From NCBI GenBank assembly GCA_965218785.1, contig OZ244650.1:96001-160000 (forward strand): a DNA stretch of 64,000 nt, written 5' to 3'. This document shows, piece after piece, positions 18,195 to 28,635 of this stretch (position 1 is the first letter of the stretch; the number at the start of each line of letters is the position of its first letter). The stretch comes from Nitrosopumilus sp. GTDB taxonomy: Archaea > Thermoproteota > Nitrososphaeria > Nitrososphaerales > Nitrosopumilaceae. The notes below the pieces were generated by a model. That model made no database searches and was not told the DNA's origin. It worked only from the letters and a program-made list of their open reading frames with translations. The position numbers were made by a program, and so were the translations under genes.

Positions 18195-19058
18195 GTGGAC
18201 TTTAAAGACAAGGTCGTTCTAATCACCGGTGCCTCATCTGGCATCGGAAGGCAGGCTGCAACAGAATTTGCAAAGCAGGGCGCCCACCTAATCCTGGTTG
18301 CAAGAAGACAGGACAAACTACAACAGGTACAAACCCAGCTAAACAACACTGCCGCATCCGTCCTGGTCTGCCCCTGCGATGTCTCAAAAAAAGACAAAGT
18401 GGCAGAAATGTCAAAAACAGTCCTGGAAAAATTCGATTCAGTTGACATCCTAATTAACAACGCAGGTTTTGCAATATACGGCTCCGTCGCCGACCTTACT
18501 ATAACCGATATCGAATCCCAGATGAATACAAACTATTTCGGCATGATCTACTGCATCAAGAACTTTCTTCCATCCATGATAAAGAAAAACTCCGGGCACA
18601 TCGTAAATGTCGCATCAGTTGCCGCAAGCTTTGGCCTCCCAGGTATTGCTCCATACTGTGCATCAAAGTTTGCAATGCTTGGTTTCTCAGAAGGTCTAAA
18701 ACACGAGCTGGCAGACACCAAAGTAAACGTTACCGTAGTCAGCCCGATCATGGTGAGAACCAATTTCTTTGATCATCCATCCTTTGAGAAGATGCCAAGA
18801 TTCTCCCCAACCTCCCTTGATTCCAAAACAGTGGCAAAGGCAATTCTAAGGGCCGCCAATTCCCCAAGACTGGAGATCATAGTACCGCCAGTAGTACGCG
18901 GTGCAGTCTGGTTTAAAAACACGTTTCCATATATTATCAATCCGATTCTGGGTAAAACCTTCAAAAAACAGCTAGATACCGCAAGACAGTCTCACTCTTC
19001 ATCTGCTGACTCGCCAGAACCCACATCAAGCAGCTCCAACGACTTTAATCCAAACTGA
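18195..19058 (+). CDS. Short-chain dehydrogenase/reductase (SDR)
   Basis: TGASSGIG, NNAG and YCASK motifs. Confidence 0.95.
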   Translation: MDFKDKVVLITGASSGIGRQAATEFAKQGAHLILVARRQDKLQQVQTQLNNTAASVLVCPCDVSKKDKVAEMSKTVLEKFDSVDILINNAGFAIYGSVADLTITDIESQMNTNYFGMIYCIKNFLPSMIKKNSGHIVNVASVAASFGLPGIAPYCASKFAMLGFSEGLKHELADTKVNVTVVSPIMVRTNFFDHPSFEKMPRFSPTSLDSKTVAKAILRAANSPRLEIIVPPVVRGAVWFKNTFPYIINPILGKTFKKQLDTARQSHSSSADSPEPTSSSSNDFNPN

Positions 19059-19387
19059 TAGATGGCATCCATCTCCAGCTCTTTCTCCTTTTTGAGATAT
19101 TCTGAACACTTCTTGCTGAGTGCAGCCTTGTGCTGCTCAAATACAAACTCGTACACCTCACCCTTTACCAGGTCATCCATCTTGATCTTCTTTTTTTCTG
19201 TCACATCCATCGTAACAATGTGCCGTCCATCCTCCACGGGATCATACAGCTGCACATCCATCTTGTCATCCTCGTAATAAAATTCCAGAATGTATCCCGA
19301 CTTTTTGATCTGTTTTGGCTTTGCAAATTTGGCGTTTTGAATCTCCTCTGTTACCCACTCTGGTACTTCTTCTTTCTTTTTTACCAT
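18992..19387 (-). CDS. Hypothetical protein (131 aa)
   Basis: ATG-start ORF with core-like composition and no recognisable motif. Confidence 0.75.
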   Translation of the reverse strand: MVKKKEEVPEWVTEEIQNAKFAKPKQIKKSGYILEFYYEDDKMDVQLYDPVEDGRHIVTMDVTEKKKIKMDDLVKGEVYEFVFEQHKAALSKKCSEYLKKEKELEMDAIYQFGLKSLELLDVGSGESADEE

Positions 19388-19396
19388 GATAAACTC

Positions 19397-19711
19397 TTAA
19401 CTTTCTGCTTTTTCTTTTTTACTCTTTGACCACCATTCCAGATAGTCATCGTGCTTGTCATCACGTGTTCGCTCCCTTTGATTCAGCTTGAATTTGATAT
19501 CGGATATCTCCTCACGTGTAGCATACAACCCGCACCTCTTGCAAATGAAATGTCTCCTGTTCTTTTCATCCATCTTCATAGGAATATCAATATCATCAAA
19601 TAACTTGAATAATCCGTCCCTGCTCCTATCCTCCTCTTCTGGGTAGTCATCGACGTACTTTGTCTCTATCTTCTTTTTTTCTCGTGATGTACATTCGGGA
19701 CAGTTTGGCAA
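19397..19711 (-). CDS. Zn-finger hypothetical protein
   Basis: CPEC...CKRC. Confidence 0.75.
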   Translation of the reverse strand: MPNCPECTSREKKKIETKYVDDYPEEEDRSRDGLFKLFDDIDIPMKMDEKNRRHFICKRCGLYATREEISDIKFKLNQRERTRDDKHDDYLEWWSKSKKEKAES

Positions 19712-19861
19712 CTATTCATCTGGCTTTATTTTTTCCTTAAAAGCGTTCCCAAATAATTATTTGATCGATATCTGACACGCGGATTTTTTCATCATCCCTT
19801 GCGGTCCGTTCGCCCATCGAAATCCCGCGTGCCAGATGAGCCATATTCCACAAATAACATA

Positions 19862-21100
19862 TTATCTCTTTTCCTCCAGGGTCTGACTGGCAATCCTGGC
19901 GGCATTCACTGCCCCATCAGGAACAAAATTCCTTGAAAACTCTGTTAAACACCCGTTGAACTCCTCGTAATTCTCTCGGATCCTGGATATTGCATCGATT
20001 ACCTGCCCGGTCTTTTCAGCTAGTACGCCCAGGTTCTTCTCCTGGGCCCACCTGATGTTGTTTGTATGCTCGTCATATACTGGAATTCCTATTATCGGCT
20101 TTGCCTTTCCTCCCATGATCTCCCCCATCACGGTGTGCGAGCCGTTTACTACTGCGTATCTGCAGGAATCCAGCACCGTGTTTTTTTCCTGCTCTGAGAG
20201 GTACCCAACATCAATCTGTATCCAGTCTATCTTCTTTTCTACAGCATCTGAAATCGAGTACTTTTTCCCATCAACACCAGTTACACAGTCGATTCCCGGC
20301 TCGTCTCTTGCATGGGATACAACCCTTCTCTCTTTTCCCATCTCGCTCTGGCAGAATACCTCTTCATATCTCTGGCCGGTCCCGTCATTTGTGGATTTGT
20401 TGCCGGTTCTCATCCAGTATCCAAATTCCTCACCTTTAACCAACCTTTCAAGATCCGTATCATCACCTTTCACGAAACCCTGCTTGCCACCTGTAAAGTG
20501 CCCCACATACGTCACCTTCTCCATAACATCATCTGTAAAATTCAGATTATACTGACATACAGTATACGGTGGCGGGGAATCAGCAACAAGTATCCTCGTA
20601 GCCTTTGCAATCTGCTTTGCAATAAAAACCAGTGACGGATAAAGATAGGACCTTGACCTGTACAACTTTGGCTTGAACTGGTTTGTCACAAACAGGCTTG
20701 GAATACCCCTGTTTTTTGCCAGGATGTTCGAGCCCATGTCCCCGTCATTAATTACTAGATCAAACTTTTCCTTGTCATACAGCCTCTTCTCCTCTTTCAG
20801 GTAACTTGCAATCTGTTTTACCAGCGGGGGATTATCTGATACCGGTAACAACAGATTCGCCAGTGACAACGACACACTCGGACCGAATTTCCCGTCAATG
20901 GGAGTCGGCATCAGGATCTCATGGATTCTCTCCATGCTTTCTGGAAACCTCTTTAACAGTTTGTCATACACGTGATCTTTACTTGAGAAATGAACCTCGA
21001 TCTCTTCCTTTATCTGGTCTTGTAACACGTCATTTAGGCGCATCATCCTGGAATAGTGACCGCTCCCCCACGGATAGATAAACTTCCCTATCTTAAACAC
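19862..21100 (-). CDS. GT-B glycosyltransferase (MurG/GT28-like)
   Basis: GSGHYSR N-terminal motif; NGSHTVMGE...KPIIGIP...EH..N C-terminal motif. Confidence 0.8.
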   Translation of the reverse strand: MFKIGKFIYPWGSGHYSRMMRLNDVLQDQIKEEIEVHFSSKDHVYDKLLKRFPESMERIHEILMPTPIDGKFGPSVSLSLANLLLPVSDNPPLVKQIASYLKEEKRLYDKEKFDLVINDGDMGSNILAKNRGIPSLFVTNQFKPKLYRSRSYLYPSLVFIAKQIAKATRILVADSPPPYTVCQYNLNFTDDVMEKVTYVGHFTGGKQGFVKGDDTDLERLVKGEEFGYWMRTGNKSTNDGTGQRYEEVFCQSEMGKERRVVSHARDEPGIDCVTGVDGKKYSISDAVEKKIDWIQIDVGYLSEQEKNTVLDSCRYAVVNGSHTVMGEIMGGKAKPIIGIPVYDEHTNNIRWAQEKNLGVLAEKTGQVIDAISRIRENYEEFNGCLTEFSRNFVPDGAVNAARIASQTLEEKR

Positions 21101-21122
21101 AATATCAAATTAACATACCCGT

Positions 21123-22241
21123 TTAAATTCTGTGATCCCCCAGCGAATCTAGTATATCATGAACGTTGTTGGGTCCGACTTTGACTACTATCTTTTTTAC
21201 CGTTTTTAATGCGTCATTAACCGTATTTTCTGAAAAACCTGGAATCTCCCCGGTTCTAACTGATGTTACCTTCTCCAGCCTTTTGAGACTCCGCTCTGAT
21301 CCAATCTCCATTACCTCATCAAACAGGTTGTTCTCCGCACCTGCAAGCGGAATTATCGGAATCTTTCCTGTCTTAAACACCCGCCTTTGCGAGTCCTCAA
21401 TGAAATTAGTGGAGAACACCAGCGGTGATAACGCAACTGATACGTATCTGTCCTGATACCGCAACAGTATCTCCAGTACGGAATTCACAAAGACTAGATA
21501 ATTTTTTCCTCCTTCTGGTCTTATCTTTATCTGGAAGAACTCCAGCTCTACCTCGTCTTGCACCATCCTTGGAATTATCCTGTTAATCATCTTGACCAGG
21601 TTCATCAGTTCGGACTCCTGTCTGTAACAAACCGTAATCCTGGTGTCATATCCCTGCTTTATCGTCTCATAACACGAGACGGCAGAGATCTCATCATATA
21701 CCGCACAGACTGCCTTTTGTTTCTGTGATTGATATGGAATCCCGCCCATGCCGTCATCTAAAAAGATGCAGACAAACGCGCTGTTCTCTGTTAGGTACGT
21801 GTACAGTAATTTATCGTGATCCCCCTCCGTCCCTGGTACAACTCCAAGTTCCGACCTTGTCTCTATTATATTTGATGTTGCGGCAATCTCCACATCCTTG
21901 ACCAGAAATCCCTTTGATGCACCCTCCACACTCACCAGGAACCTATTACCCTTTAACAGCAGGTTTCCGCCAATGGATGTAATCTCTGAAACGATACCTT
22001 CAAAGTCATTGTCAACACGTCTTGCAATTGCAATTTTTTTAATCCCAAACAGCAGGTTGATTGCAGACGAGGCAAACACCGGATCGTTGGCATCAACTAA
22101 AATGACATCCCCGTCACGCTTTACGGATCCGAACTTCTGCCCTTTTATCCTGAGAATCTTTTTGATGTTTGTAATCAACTGCGGAATCTTGTTTTTCGTA
22201 AATATGGTTGGAAAGACCACCACATACGATGTTTCATCCAT
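21123..22241 (-). CDS. THUMP-containing ThiI-like protein with a degenerate PP-loop
   Basis: N-terminal ferredoxin-like/THUMP features (LFGIKKIAIA, GMGGIP); no SGGxDS; start placed at MDETS. Confidence 0.6.
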   Translation of the reverse strand: MDETSYVVVFPTIFTKNKIPQLITNIKKILRIKGQKFGSVKRDGDVILVDANDPVFASSAINLLFGIKKIAIARRVDNDFEGIVSEITSIGGNLLLKGNRFLVSVEGASKGFLVKDVEIAATSNIIETRSELGVVPGTEGDHDKLLYTYLTENSAFVCIFLDDGMGGIPYQSQKQKAVCAVYDEISAVSCYETIKQGYDTRITVCYRQESELMNLVKMINRIIPRMVQDEVELEFFQIKIRPEGGKNYLVFVNSVLEILLRYQDRYVSVALSPLVFSTNFIEDSQRRVFKTGKIPIIPLAGAENNLFDEVMEIGSERSLKRLEKVTSVRTGEIPGFSENTVNDALKTVKKIVVKVGPNNVHDILDSLGDHRI

Positions 22242-22318
22242 GTTTCTAGACTGGGTCTCTTGTTTATAATTTAGGACGATCGGGTAATCAATATAAAACG
22301 AATACTTTAACACAGTAC

Positions 22319-23035
22319 GTGAAAAGATTCACCGCACAACAGGTAGCTGATCTCAACAGCACAATAAAGACCACAAAAGAGGCGCTCCAATGGACCTCTG
22401 AGAACCTGCACCCCCGCGTTGCCAAGGCATCAAGCTTTGGTGCAGAAGACGCCGTAATGATGGATATCATGATTAATATCAATCCGGAGTTCAGGTTCTT
22501 CACACTAGATACCGGGAGACTCCCCCAAGAGACATATGATATCATGGATGCCGTAAGAAAGAGATACAACGTTGCAATCGAGGTGTTATTCCCTGATGCT
22601 CAACAAGTCCAGAACATGGTCCAAGAAAAAGGTGTAAACCTGTTTTATGATAGTGTTGATAATAGAAAGCTCTGCTGTGAGATCCGCAAGGTAAACCCGA
22701 TGAACAAGATGTTAAGCACGCTAGACGGCTGGATCACCGGACTGCGCAGGGATCAAACCAAAAACCGGGAGGATGCCAGAATCTTTCAGCTGGATGCAGG
22801 ACACGACAACATACTAAAGATTAATCCGATAATTGACTGGACCTGGGACCAGGTCTGGGGGTACATCAAAGAAAATAACCTACCATACAACGCTTTGCTT
22901 GACCAGGGTTACCCCAGTATTGGCTGCCAACCCTGTACCAGACCCGTAAAGCCCGGAGAAGATCTCAGGGCAGGACGATGGTGGTGGGAACAGGGAGAAA
23001 ACAAAGAGTGTGGACTTCATATAGACCCTAAATAG
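22319..23035 (+). CDS. cysH: APS/PAPS reductase
   Basis: SSFGAED, LDTG, CCEIRK, TGLRRDQ, YPSIGCQPCT and ECGLH. Confidence 0.95.
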   Translation: MKRFTAQQVADLNSTIKTTKEALQWTSENLHPRVAKASSFGAEDAVMMDIMININPEFRFFTLDTGRLPQETYDIMDAVRKRYNVAIEVLFPDAQQVQNMVQEKGVNLFYDSVDNRKLCCEIRKVNPMNKMLSTLDGWITGLRRDQTKNREDARIFQLDAGHDNILKINPIIDWTWDQVWGYIKENNLPYNALLDQGYPSIGCQPCTRPVKPGEDLRAGRWWWEQGENKECGLHIDPK

Positions 23036-23038
23036 AGG

Positions 23039-24190
23039 ATGAACATGTCGCAGACACCTGATCCAATAAAGCCGCATGGCGGCGTACTGATAAACAGGGT
23101 TATCAGCGGTGATCCGTCCGGGTTATTCCCAGTTACAATCAGCGAGGATCTTGCAAACGACGTTGAAAACATCGCCGACGGCATATTCAGTCCGCTTGAG
23201 GGATTCCTCAACAAGGCAGACTTTGAGAGTGTCGTATCCAATGGAAGACTGACATCCGGTCTGGCATGGACAATCCCAATCGTACTTGATGTTGATGAAC
23301 AGACTGCCGCCAAGATAAAGGAGGCAGGCAACGTATTACTACAAAACCCGCAGGGAACAGGAGTTGCCATATTACACTCTGATGAGATATACACCTTTGA
23401 TAAGGAAAAGACGGCACAGGGCGTGTATGGCACGACTGATGTGTCCCACCCGGGCGTTGCAAAGACGATGGCAATGAAGGATCACCTGGTTAGCGGCAAG
23501 ATTGACTACATCTGCAGACCTGCAGATACTGATATTAGAAGATACAGGCTGACACCAAAACAGACTCGGGAGGCATTTGCCAAGGCGGGATGGAGCACCA
23601 TCTGCGCATTTCAAACCAGGAATCCGCCACACGTGGCACACGAGATGCTGCAAAAGACCTCAATTACAACACGTGACGGGGTATTTGTAAATCCAATCAT
23701 CGGAAAAAAGAAATCCGGCGACTTTGTAGATGATCTAATTATAAAATGTTATGAAACCATGATAAAATTATACTATCCTGAAAACCGATGCCGTCTTGGA
23801 ACCCTGCACACGGAGATGAAGTATGCCGGTCCGAAGGAGGCAGTCCACCACGCAATCATGAGACAAAACTATGGCTGCACGCACATAATCATTGGAAGGG
23901 ACCACGCAGGAGTTGGAAAATTCTATGATCCATTTGCAGCACAAAAGATATTTGAGGATTACCCGGAGCTTGATATCTCACCTGTGTTCTTTCCGGCGTT
24001 TTTTTACTGCAAAAAATGCCTCACATACACGACTCCCAAAGCATGCCCGCACGATGATGATGCAAAGGAGCAGATCAGTGGAACCAAACTCCGGGAGATG
24101 ATTCAAAACGGGCAGTCACCCTCTGAATTTATCTTGAGACCCGAGGTTGCAAAGGTAATCCTGGATCATCCAAAGCCGTTTGTTGATTAG
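23039..24190 (+). CDS. sat: Sulfate adenylyltransferase
   Basis: [26 protein letters not shown] and ISGTKLR. Confidence 0.97.
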   Translation: MNMSQTPDPIKPHGGVLINRVISGDPSGLFPVTISEDLANDVENIADGIFSPLEGFLNKADFESVVSNGRLTSGLAWTIPIVLDVDEQTAAKIKEAGNVLLQNPQGTGVAILHSDEIYTFDKEKTAQGVYGTTDVSHPGVAKTMAMKDHLVSGKIDYICRPADTDIRRYRLTPKQTREAFAKAGWSTICAFQTRNPPHVAHEMLQKTSITTRDGVFVNPIIGKKKSGDFVDDLIIKCYETMIKLYYPENRCRLGTLHTEMKYAGPKEAVHHAIMRQNYGCTHIIIGRDHAGVGKFYDPFAAQKIFEDYPELDISPVFFPAFFYCKKCLTYTTPKACPHDDDAKEQISGTKLREMIQNGQSPSEFILRPEVAKVILDHPKPFVD

Positions 24191-24220
24191 ATATTTATTA
24201 AATCGATTCTGGTTTAGATT

Positions 24221-24892
24221 GTGAAGTTTCTAATTGTATTGTTACTACTATTACCGGTATCTGTGATTCATCCCGTCTTTGCCCAGGAAGCGGTAAATCC
24301 ATCGCTGATTATCCACACAGAGGAGATCCCAGCATCGGAGTTCAACAGGGTTCAAAGGGACGCGCCCATAATAAAACTGGAAGACACACACGCAGTCAGC
24401 TGGCAGGTTACAATTGATAACAACCTGCTATACATCAGGCCCGATGGCAGTGCCGTCTTTAGAATATATGACCAGGAAACCCTCGATGAATTCATCGAGA
24501 TCGGAATGGGCTCCGAGCCTGACAACAGGTACTGGGTCGCAGTCCAGACCCCCAAGGAGGGATATATCGTGATTCACAAGGACTTTGAGCGGGGCTGGTA
24601 TCCGCAGGCAAAATCCATCGTATCATATACAGACAGGGCGGGACTGACTGTCAACAACGGTGCCAGGATCGTAGTTACCAACTTGGATATCGGGGTGTTT
24701 GCAGTGGATTCGTATTCCACATATGGTTTAGAGTCCTCCACTGACCCGCCTGCAGTTGGGTCTGGCAGCATGACTGTGGAGTTTCTCTCAGGCGACCCTT
24801 CAAAGAACATCTACTCGCTGTATCCGTTTGTAATTGCAGCGGTAATAGGCTCGCTGGTCGGCGTGTTATTCATTACTAAGAAGCGTTCCTAG
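24221..24892 (+). CDS. Secreted protein with a C-terminal membrane anchor
   Basis: Signal-peptide-like N-terminus; C-terminal TM followed by KKRS. Confidence 0.75.
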   Translation: MKFLIVLLLLLPVSVIHPVFAQEAVNPSLIIHTEEIPASEFNRVQRDAPIIKLEDTHAVSWQVTIDNNLLYIRPDGSAVFRIYDQETLDEFIEIGMGSEPDNRYWVAVQTPKEGYIVIHKDFERGWYPQAKSIVSYTDRAGLTVNNGARIVVTNLDIGVFAVDSYSTYGLESSTDPPAVGSGSMTVEFLSGDPSKNIYSLYPFVIAAVIGSLVGVLFITKKRS

Positions 24893-25529
24893 TTTTGTAG
24901 TATCTGCAACTCTTCCTGATTTTGCACACGTTACACATTGGTGATACCGGCTTGCAGATGTTCTGGCCATACATGACAAAGGTGTCGTTAATCTCAAGCC
25001 AGAACTCTTTTTTGATCTTCTTCATCAGTGCTTGTTCTGTATCCTCTGGAGTCTTTGTGTCCACCAGTCCGAGCCTGTTTGAGATCCTGTGAACATGAAT
25101 GTCCACCGGAATTGCCGGCTTTTCAAAAGCGTAAACCAGGACACAGTTGGCAGTCTTTCTGCCGACACCCGGGAGTTGTATTAACGTCTCTAGATCTTCT
25201 GGAACTTTTCCCCTGTACTTTGAGTCAATTATTTTTGCAACATCGATAATTCTTCTGGACTTTACGTGGTAGAACCCGATTGATCTTATTATCTTTTCAA
25301 CGTCTTTTAACTTGGCATTTGCAAGCTGTCTCGGATTCTTGTATTTTGAGAACAACACCTTCACTACTTTTGTGGTGCTCTCGTCTTTGGTTCTTGCAGA
25401 AAGGATGGTTCCAATCAAAATGCTGAATGCCCCTCCCGTCTCTGCCTCGTGAAGCTCCCTGAGTGCAGTCACCCTGGGCGGTTTTATGGAGTTCATGGTA
25501 TCCATCATTCCACGAAGAATTCTTTTCAT
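24876..25529 (-). CDS. nth: Endonuclease III
   Basis: HhH motif LPGVGRKTA, VDIHV and C-terminal C-x6-C-x2-C-x5-C 4Fe-4S motif. Confidence 0.95.
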   Translation of the reverse strand: MKRILRGMMDTMNSIKPPRVTALRELHEAETGGAFSILIGTILSARTKDESTTKVVKVLFSKYKNPRQLANAKLKDVEKIIRSIGFYHVKSRRIIDVAKIIDSKYRGKVPEDLETLIQLPGVGRKTANCVLVYAFEKPAIPVDIHVHRISNRLGLVDTKTPEDTEQALMKKIKKEFWLEINDTFVMYGQNICKPVSPMCNVCKIRKSCRYYKTRNAS

Positions 25530-25581
25530 TTCATATACGGGACGCATACAAGTATTATAACTGTAGTAACCAAGGGAACAC

Positions 25582-26739
25582 ATGGAACTAACACGCGAGG
25601 AGGAATCCGCGTTAAAGGGGGAGCAGGGGGAGACCATGCAGATGGCATACAGAATCCTGGTTGCAACAGGCCAGGCAACTGATGCTGACAGGCTGGTACC
25701 AATACAGTGGGCACACCTCTCTGGCGTAAACTATAACACCATCGGGGATGCAGGAGAGGAGTTCCTCTCGACGTTTAGCAAGGATGCCAGAGTCAAGGTT
25801 AGAACGACTCTCAATCCGATGGGCTTTGATATTGACAACGTATCAGATTACGGACTAGATGAGAACTTTATCTCAAAACAGCTCTCCATTAGAGATTCGT
25901 ATAAAACGATGGGCGTCACCCCGTCATTTTCCTGTATTCCTTATGAAATATTTGATATTCCAAAGGAGGGCACACAAGTCGCATTTGCCGAAAGTAACGC
26001 TGCCATCCATGCAAACTCGTATGACCATCTAAAGACCAACAAGGAGAGCTCATTTAGCGCACTTGCCAGTGCGATAACTGGAAAGAGCCCCTACTCTTCA
26101 CTGCGAAAGGAGGATGCCCCCAACGTGAGCATCAGGATGAAGGTAAAAGATCCTGATGAACTAACATATGGAATGCTTGGATTTTTTGCAGGTAAAGTGG
26201 GCGATACCTCCGTGAATATCTCCGGTCTTGGTGATATGGACAGACGGCAGTGCAAGGCCATGTGCGGGGGGATGGGCACGTCTGGAACATGTGCAAAGTT
26301 TCTTTTTGAGGATGCCGCTGATTCAGACTGTGAAGTAATGGATTTTGATCAAAAAGAGATGCAGGATGTTCATGATACTCTAAACACTGCCGAGAGCGGT
26401 GATCTAATCACGTTGGGCAGTCCCCAGCTGGGACTCGAGGAGATCTCTGATCTGGCAGGCAAGCTAAAGGGTCGCTCCTTTAAGAAGAGATGCATGGTAT
26501 TCTGTCCGAGAACCGTAAAAGAGCAGGCAAGAAAAATCGGATACACAAACGAGCTTGAACACGCCGGCTGTGAAATTCTCTCTGATTGTTGTACCTGTCT
26601 GACTCCGTTGATAAACAAGGATGATGTTGATGCGGTAACTACCAACAGCGTAAAGGGCGCGTTTTATCTTAAAAATTCCAATGGTGTGGATGTAAACCTG
26701 AAATCACTCTCACAGATAATTCAAGACGAGACAAAATGA
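25582..26739 (+). CDS. Aconitase X catalytic subunit (DUF521; probable phosphomevalonate dehydratase large subunit)
   Basis: AHLSGVNY.TIG, SCIPY, ESNA, GSPQ, DCC and TNSVK; adjacent to the swivel subunit. Confidence 0.88.
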   Translation: MELTREEESALKGEQGETMQMAYRILVATGQATDADRLVPIQWAHLSGVNYNTIGDAGEEFLSTFSKDARVKVRTTLNPMGFDIDNVSDYGLDENFISKQLSIRDSYKTMGVTPSFSCIPYEIFDIPKEGTQVAFAESNAAIHANSYDHLKTNKESSFSALASAITGKSPYSSLRKEDAPNVSIRMKVKDPDELTYGMLGFFAGKVGDTSVNISGLGDMDRRQCKAMCGGMGTSGTCAKFLFEDAADSDCEVMDFDQKEMQDVHDTLNTAESGDLITLGSPQLGLEEISDLAGKLKGRSFKKRCMVFCPRTVKEQARKIGYTNELEHAGCEILSDCCTCLTPLINKDDVDAVTTNSVKGAFYLKNSNGVDVNLKSLSQIIQDETK

Positions 26740-27122
26740 ACAAGGTTATAGTCTCAGGCAAAGTTACTGGAACCGTCCTAAAATCTGGTCACCCGATCAA
26801 CTTTCTGGGTACGGTGGATAAAAAAACCGGGGTCATCGGTGATGAGAACCATGATTTATTCCAGAAATCAATCAAGGATGTTGTTCTTGTGTTTCCCAAT
26901 GGAGCTGGCAGTAGTGTTGGTGCATACACGATTTATTCGATAAAGTCAAACGGTGTTGCACCGCTTGCCATGGTCTGTCTAAAGGCAGATCTTACGGTGG
27001 CTACCGGATGTGCGGTGGCAGGCATTCCGTTAATTACAGTTACAGATGAAGAGTTTTCATCAATCAAGAACAACACCGTAATCTCAATTGACACTGATTC
27101 ATCTAGTCCGATCAGTCAGTAA
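26736..27122 (+). CDS. Aconitase X swivel subunit (DUF126)
   Basis: INFLGTVD..TG and VFPNGAGSSVG. Confidence 0.88.
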   Translation: MNKVIVSGKVTGTVLKSGHPINFLGTVDKKTGVIGDENHDLFQKSIKDVVLVFPNGAGSSVGAYTIYSIKSNGVAPLAMVCLKADLTVATGCAVAGIPLITVTDEEFSSIKNNTVISIDTDSSSPISQ

Positions 27123-27249
27123 GATCACTGTTATCATCTATTTCTCTTATCTTTTGCGCCTCCCCAACCCCGGTATCTTTGATCTGGCTTTTTCCTGCTG
27201 GCAGCACCCGGACAAAATCATCAATGCTGATCTTTTTTGTAATATCCTC
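27108..27249 (-). repeat. Displaced duplicate of the rqcH/NFACT 3' end (direct repeat of 28632..28779)
   Basis: ~140 bp near-identical to 28632..28779, with a few substitutions and a net 6-nt indel. Confidence 0.92.
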
Positions 27250-27448
27250 ACTTAACCTATATCAAGAATGTAATGAATCTGAAAAATGTGTGAATTTTGA
27301 TAAAATCTGGGATCATGTGGGGCGTTGATACATTATCCCGATCTTTGATAGGTAGAAGAATTTGACTAATGCCCCCATCTTGACAGAACCGCTGTTGTGT
27401 CTACTGTGGGAGTATTTTATTCGTATTTTTTTGTAGGTACATGAAAAT

Positions 27449-27958
27449 CTAAGTAAAATAGGAAAATTGTAAAATCAATCCGGATAAGACCAATACTATA
27501 GCGGTTGTTCGGATCATTAATCTGTGATCAACTTCATTTTCTGTAGTAATAAAATTGGTAAGATATTTAGAAACTGGATTAAGATATATGAAAAATCCTA
27601 TCATTTCTAGTACAATTCCTCTATCATTATAATTTAAAAGAATGTCATCTTCTTCCCATGTCCCGAACAATACTAGTGTAGACAATGCAGTTATTAAAAT
27701 AGTTAAAAATTTCATAATAGATTTATTTTTTATCAATAAACCAAAACTCTCCAAAAAAGGTTTCAGCAAATTCAAAACTCCATAATATGCTATAGTTGTA
27801 ATTGTTATGTGCCAAATAATTTGTAACGTATCAGAAAAATCGAAATCAAAAACCCAACTTTTTAGCAGATCATAGATTATCCAAATCACCATAATTGGAA
27901 TGATTGAGCCAATTGCACAGAGAATACCAATATGTATGTTTCTAGTCAGTTTTTTCAT
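27449..27958 (-). CDS. Multi-pass membrane protein in an AT-rich islet
   Basis: About five hydrophobic segments. Confidence 0.65.
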   Translation of the reverse strand: MKKLTRNIHIGILCAIGSIIPIMVIWIIYDLLKSWVFDFDFSDTLQIIWHITITTIAYYGVLNLLKPFLESFGLLIKNKSIMKFLTILITALSTLVLFGTWEEDDILLNYNDRGIVLEMIGFFIYLNPVSKYLTNFITTENEVDHRLMIRTTAIVLVLSGLILQFSYFT

Positions 27959-28293
27959 TTGTTATAATCTCATATTCATTAAAGGGCATATCTAATCGTG
28001 TTGTTTACGCCATTTTTTTAATTAAATATAAAAAAAGCATTTCCTTAATCTTGGAATATTTCATAGAATTGTTTAATTATGGATATTTCTATGACACGCT
28101 AGAGATTTGAGAGATGTAATGCGACAAGACAAAGTTCATGAACTAAAAATCATCATAAAACTAAAGATTAGTGGATTTTACCTAGGTGAGTATGAATAAT
28201 AAAATTGGAACATCCTGAAAATAAATCACAAACTTATACCTCTTGCTATATGATCTTAGCCAATTATCCATTAATGCAAAGATGTGTGCAAAT

Positions 28294-28497
28294 TCATATC
28301 ATGTGTAGTTCTTTGAGGATTTTTTCCAAGTTTGAAAAAACATGATCGGGGCAGGGATATTTTGGCTTTGCTGATATTCTGTTCCATGATTTATGTTTGG
28401 TTTTTCCATGTTGTCTTTTTATATCTGCAATCCAGCAAGTCTTTACAGTTTTTCCATAACGTTTCTTGTAAATTGTCTGTGCTTTATCATAGGTCAC
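28294..28497 (-). CDS. Small basic protein (67 aa), possibly HTH-like
   Basis: TY...Q...KKRYGKTVKTCWIADIKRQHG...N...PCP pattern. Confidence 0.6.
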   Translation of the reverse strand: MTYDKAQTIYKKRYGKTVKTCWIADIKRQHGKTKHKSWNRISAKPKYPCPDHVFSNLEKILKELHMI

Positions 28498-28635
28498 AAA
28501 TGATTTTAAATCTTTGACAGATAAAAATACACTGTGCTCAATGTTATCTCAATTATTTTGGTGATAGTTCCAAAGATGTTCTATTCAAATTCATTTCCTG
28601 ATAACTCATCCTGAATATTCTTGTGAATCTACCGA

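Noticed and set aside
18992-19058. 67-nt convergent overlap between the SDR and the next gene
   Set aside because: The extra SDR tail is low-complexity antisense read-through, most likely from a shifted stop codon
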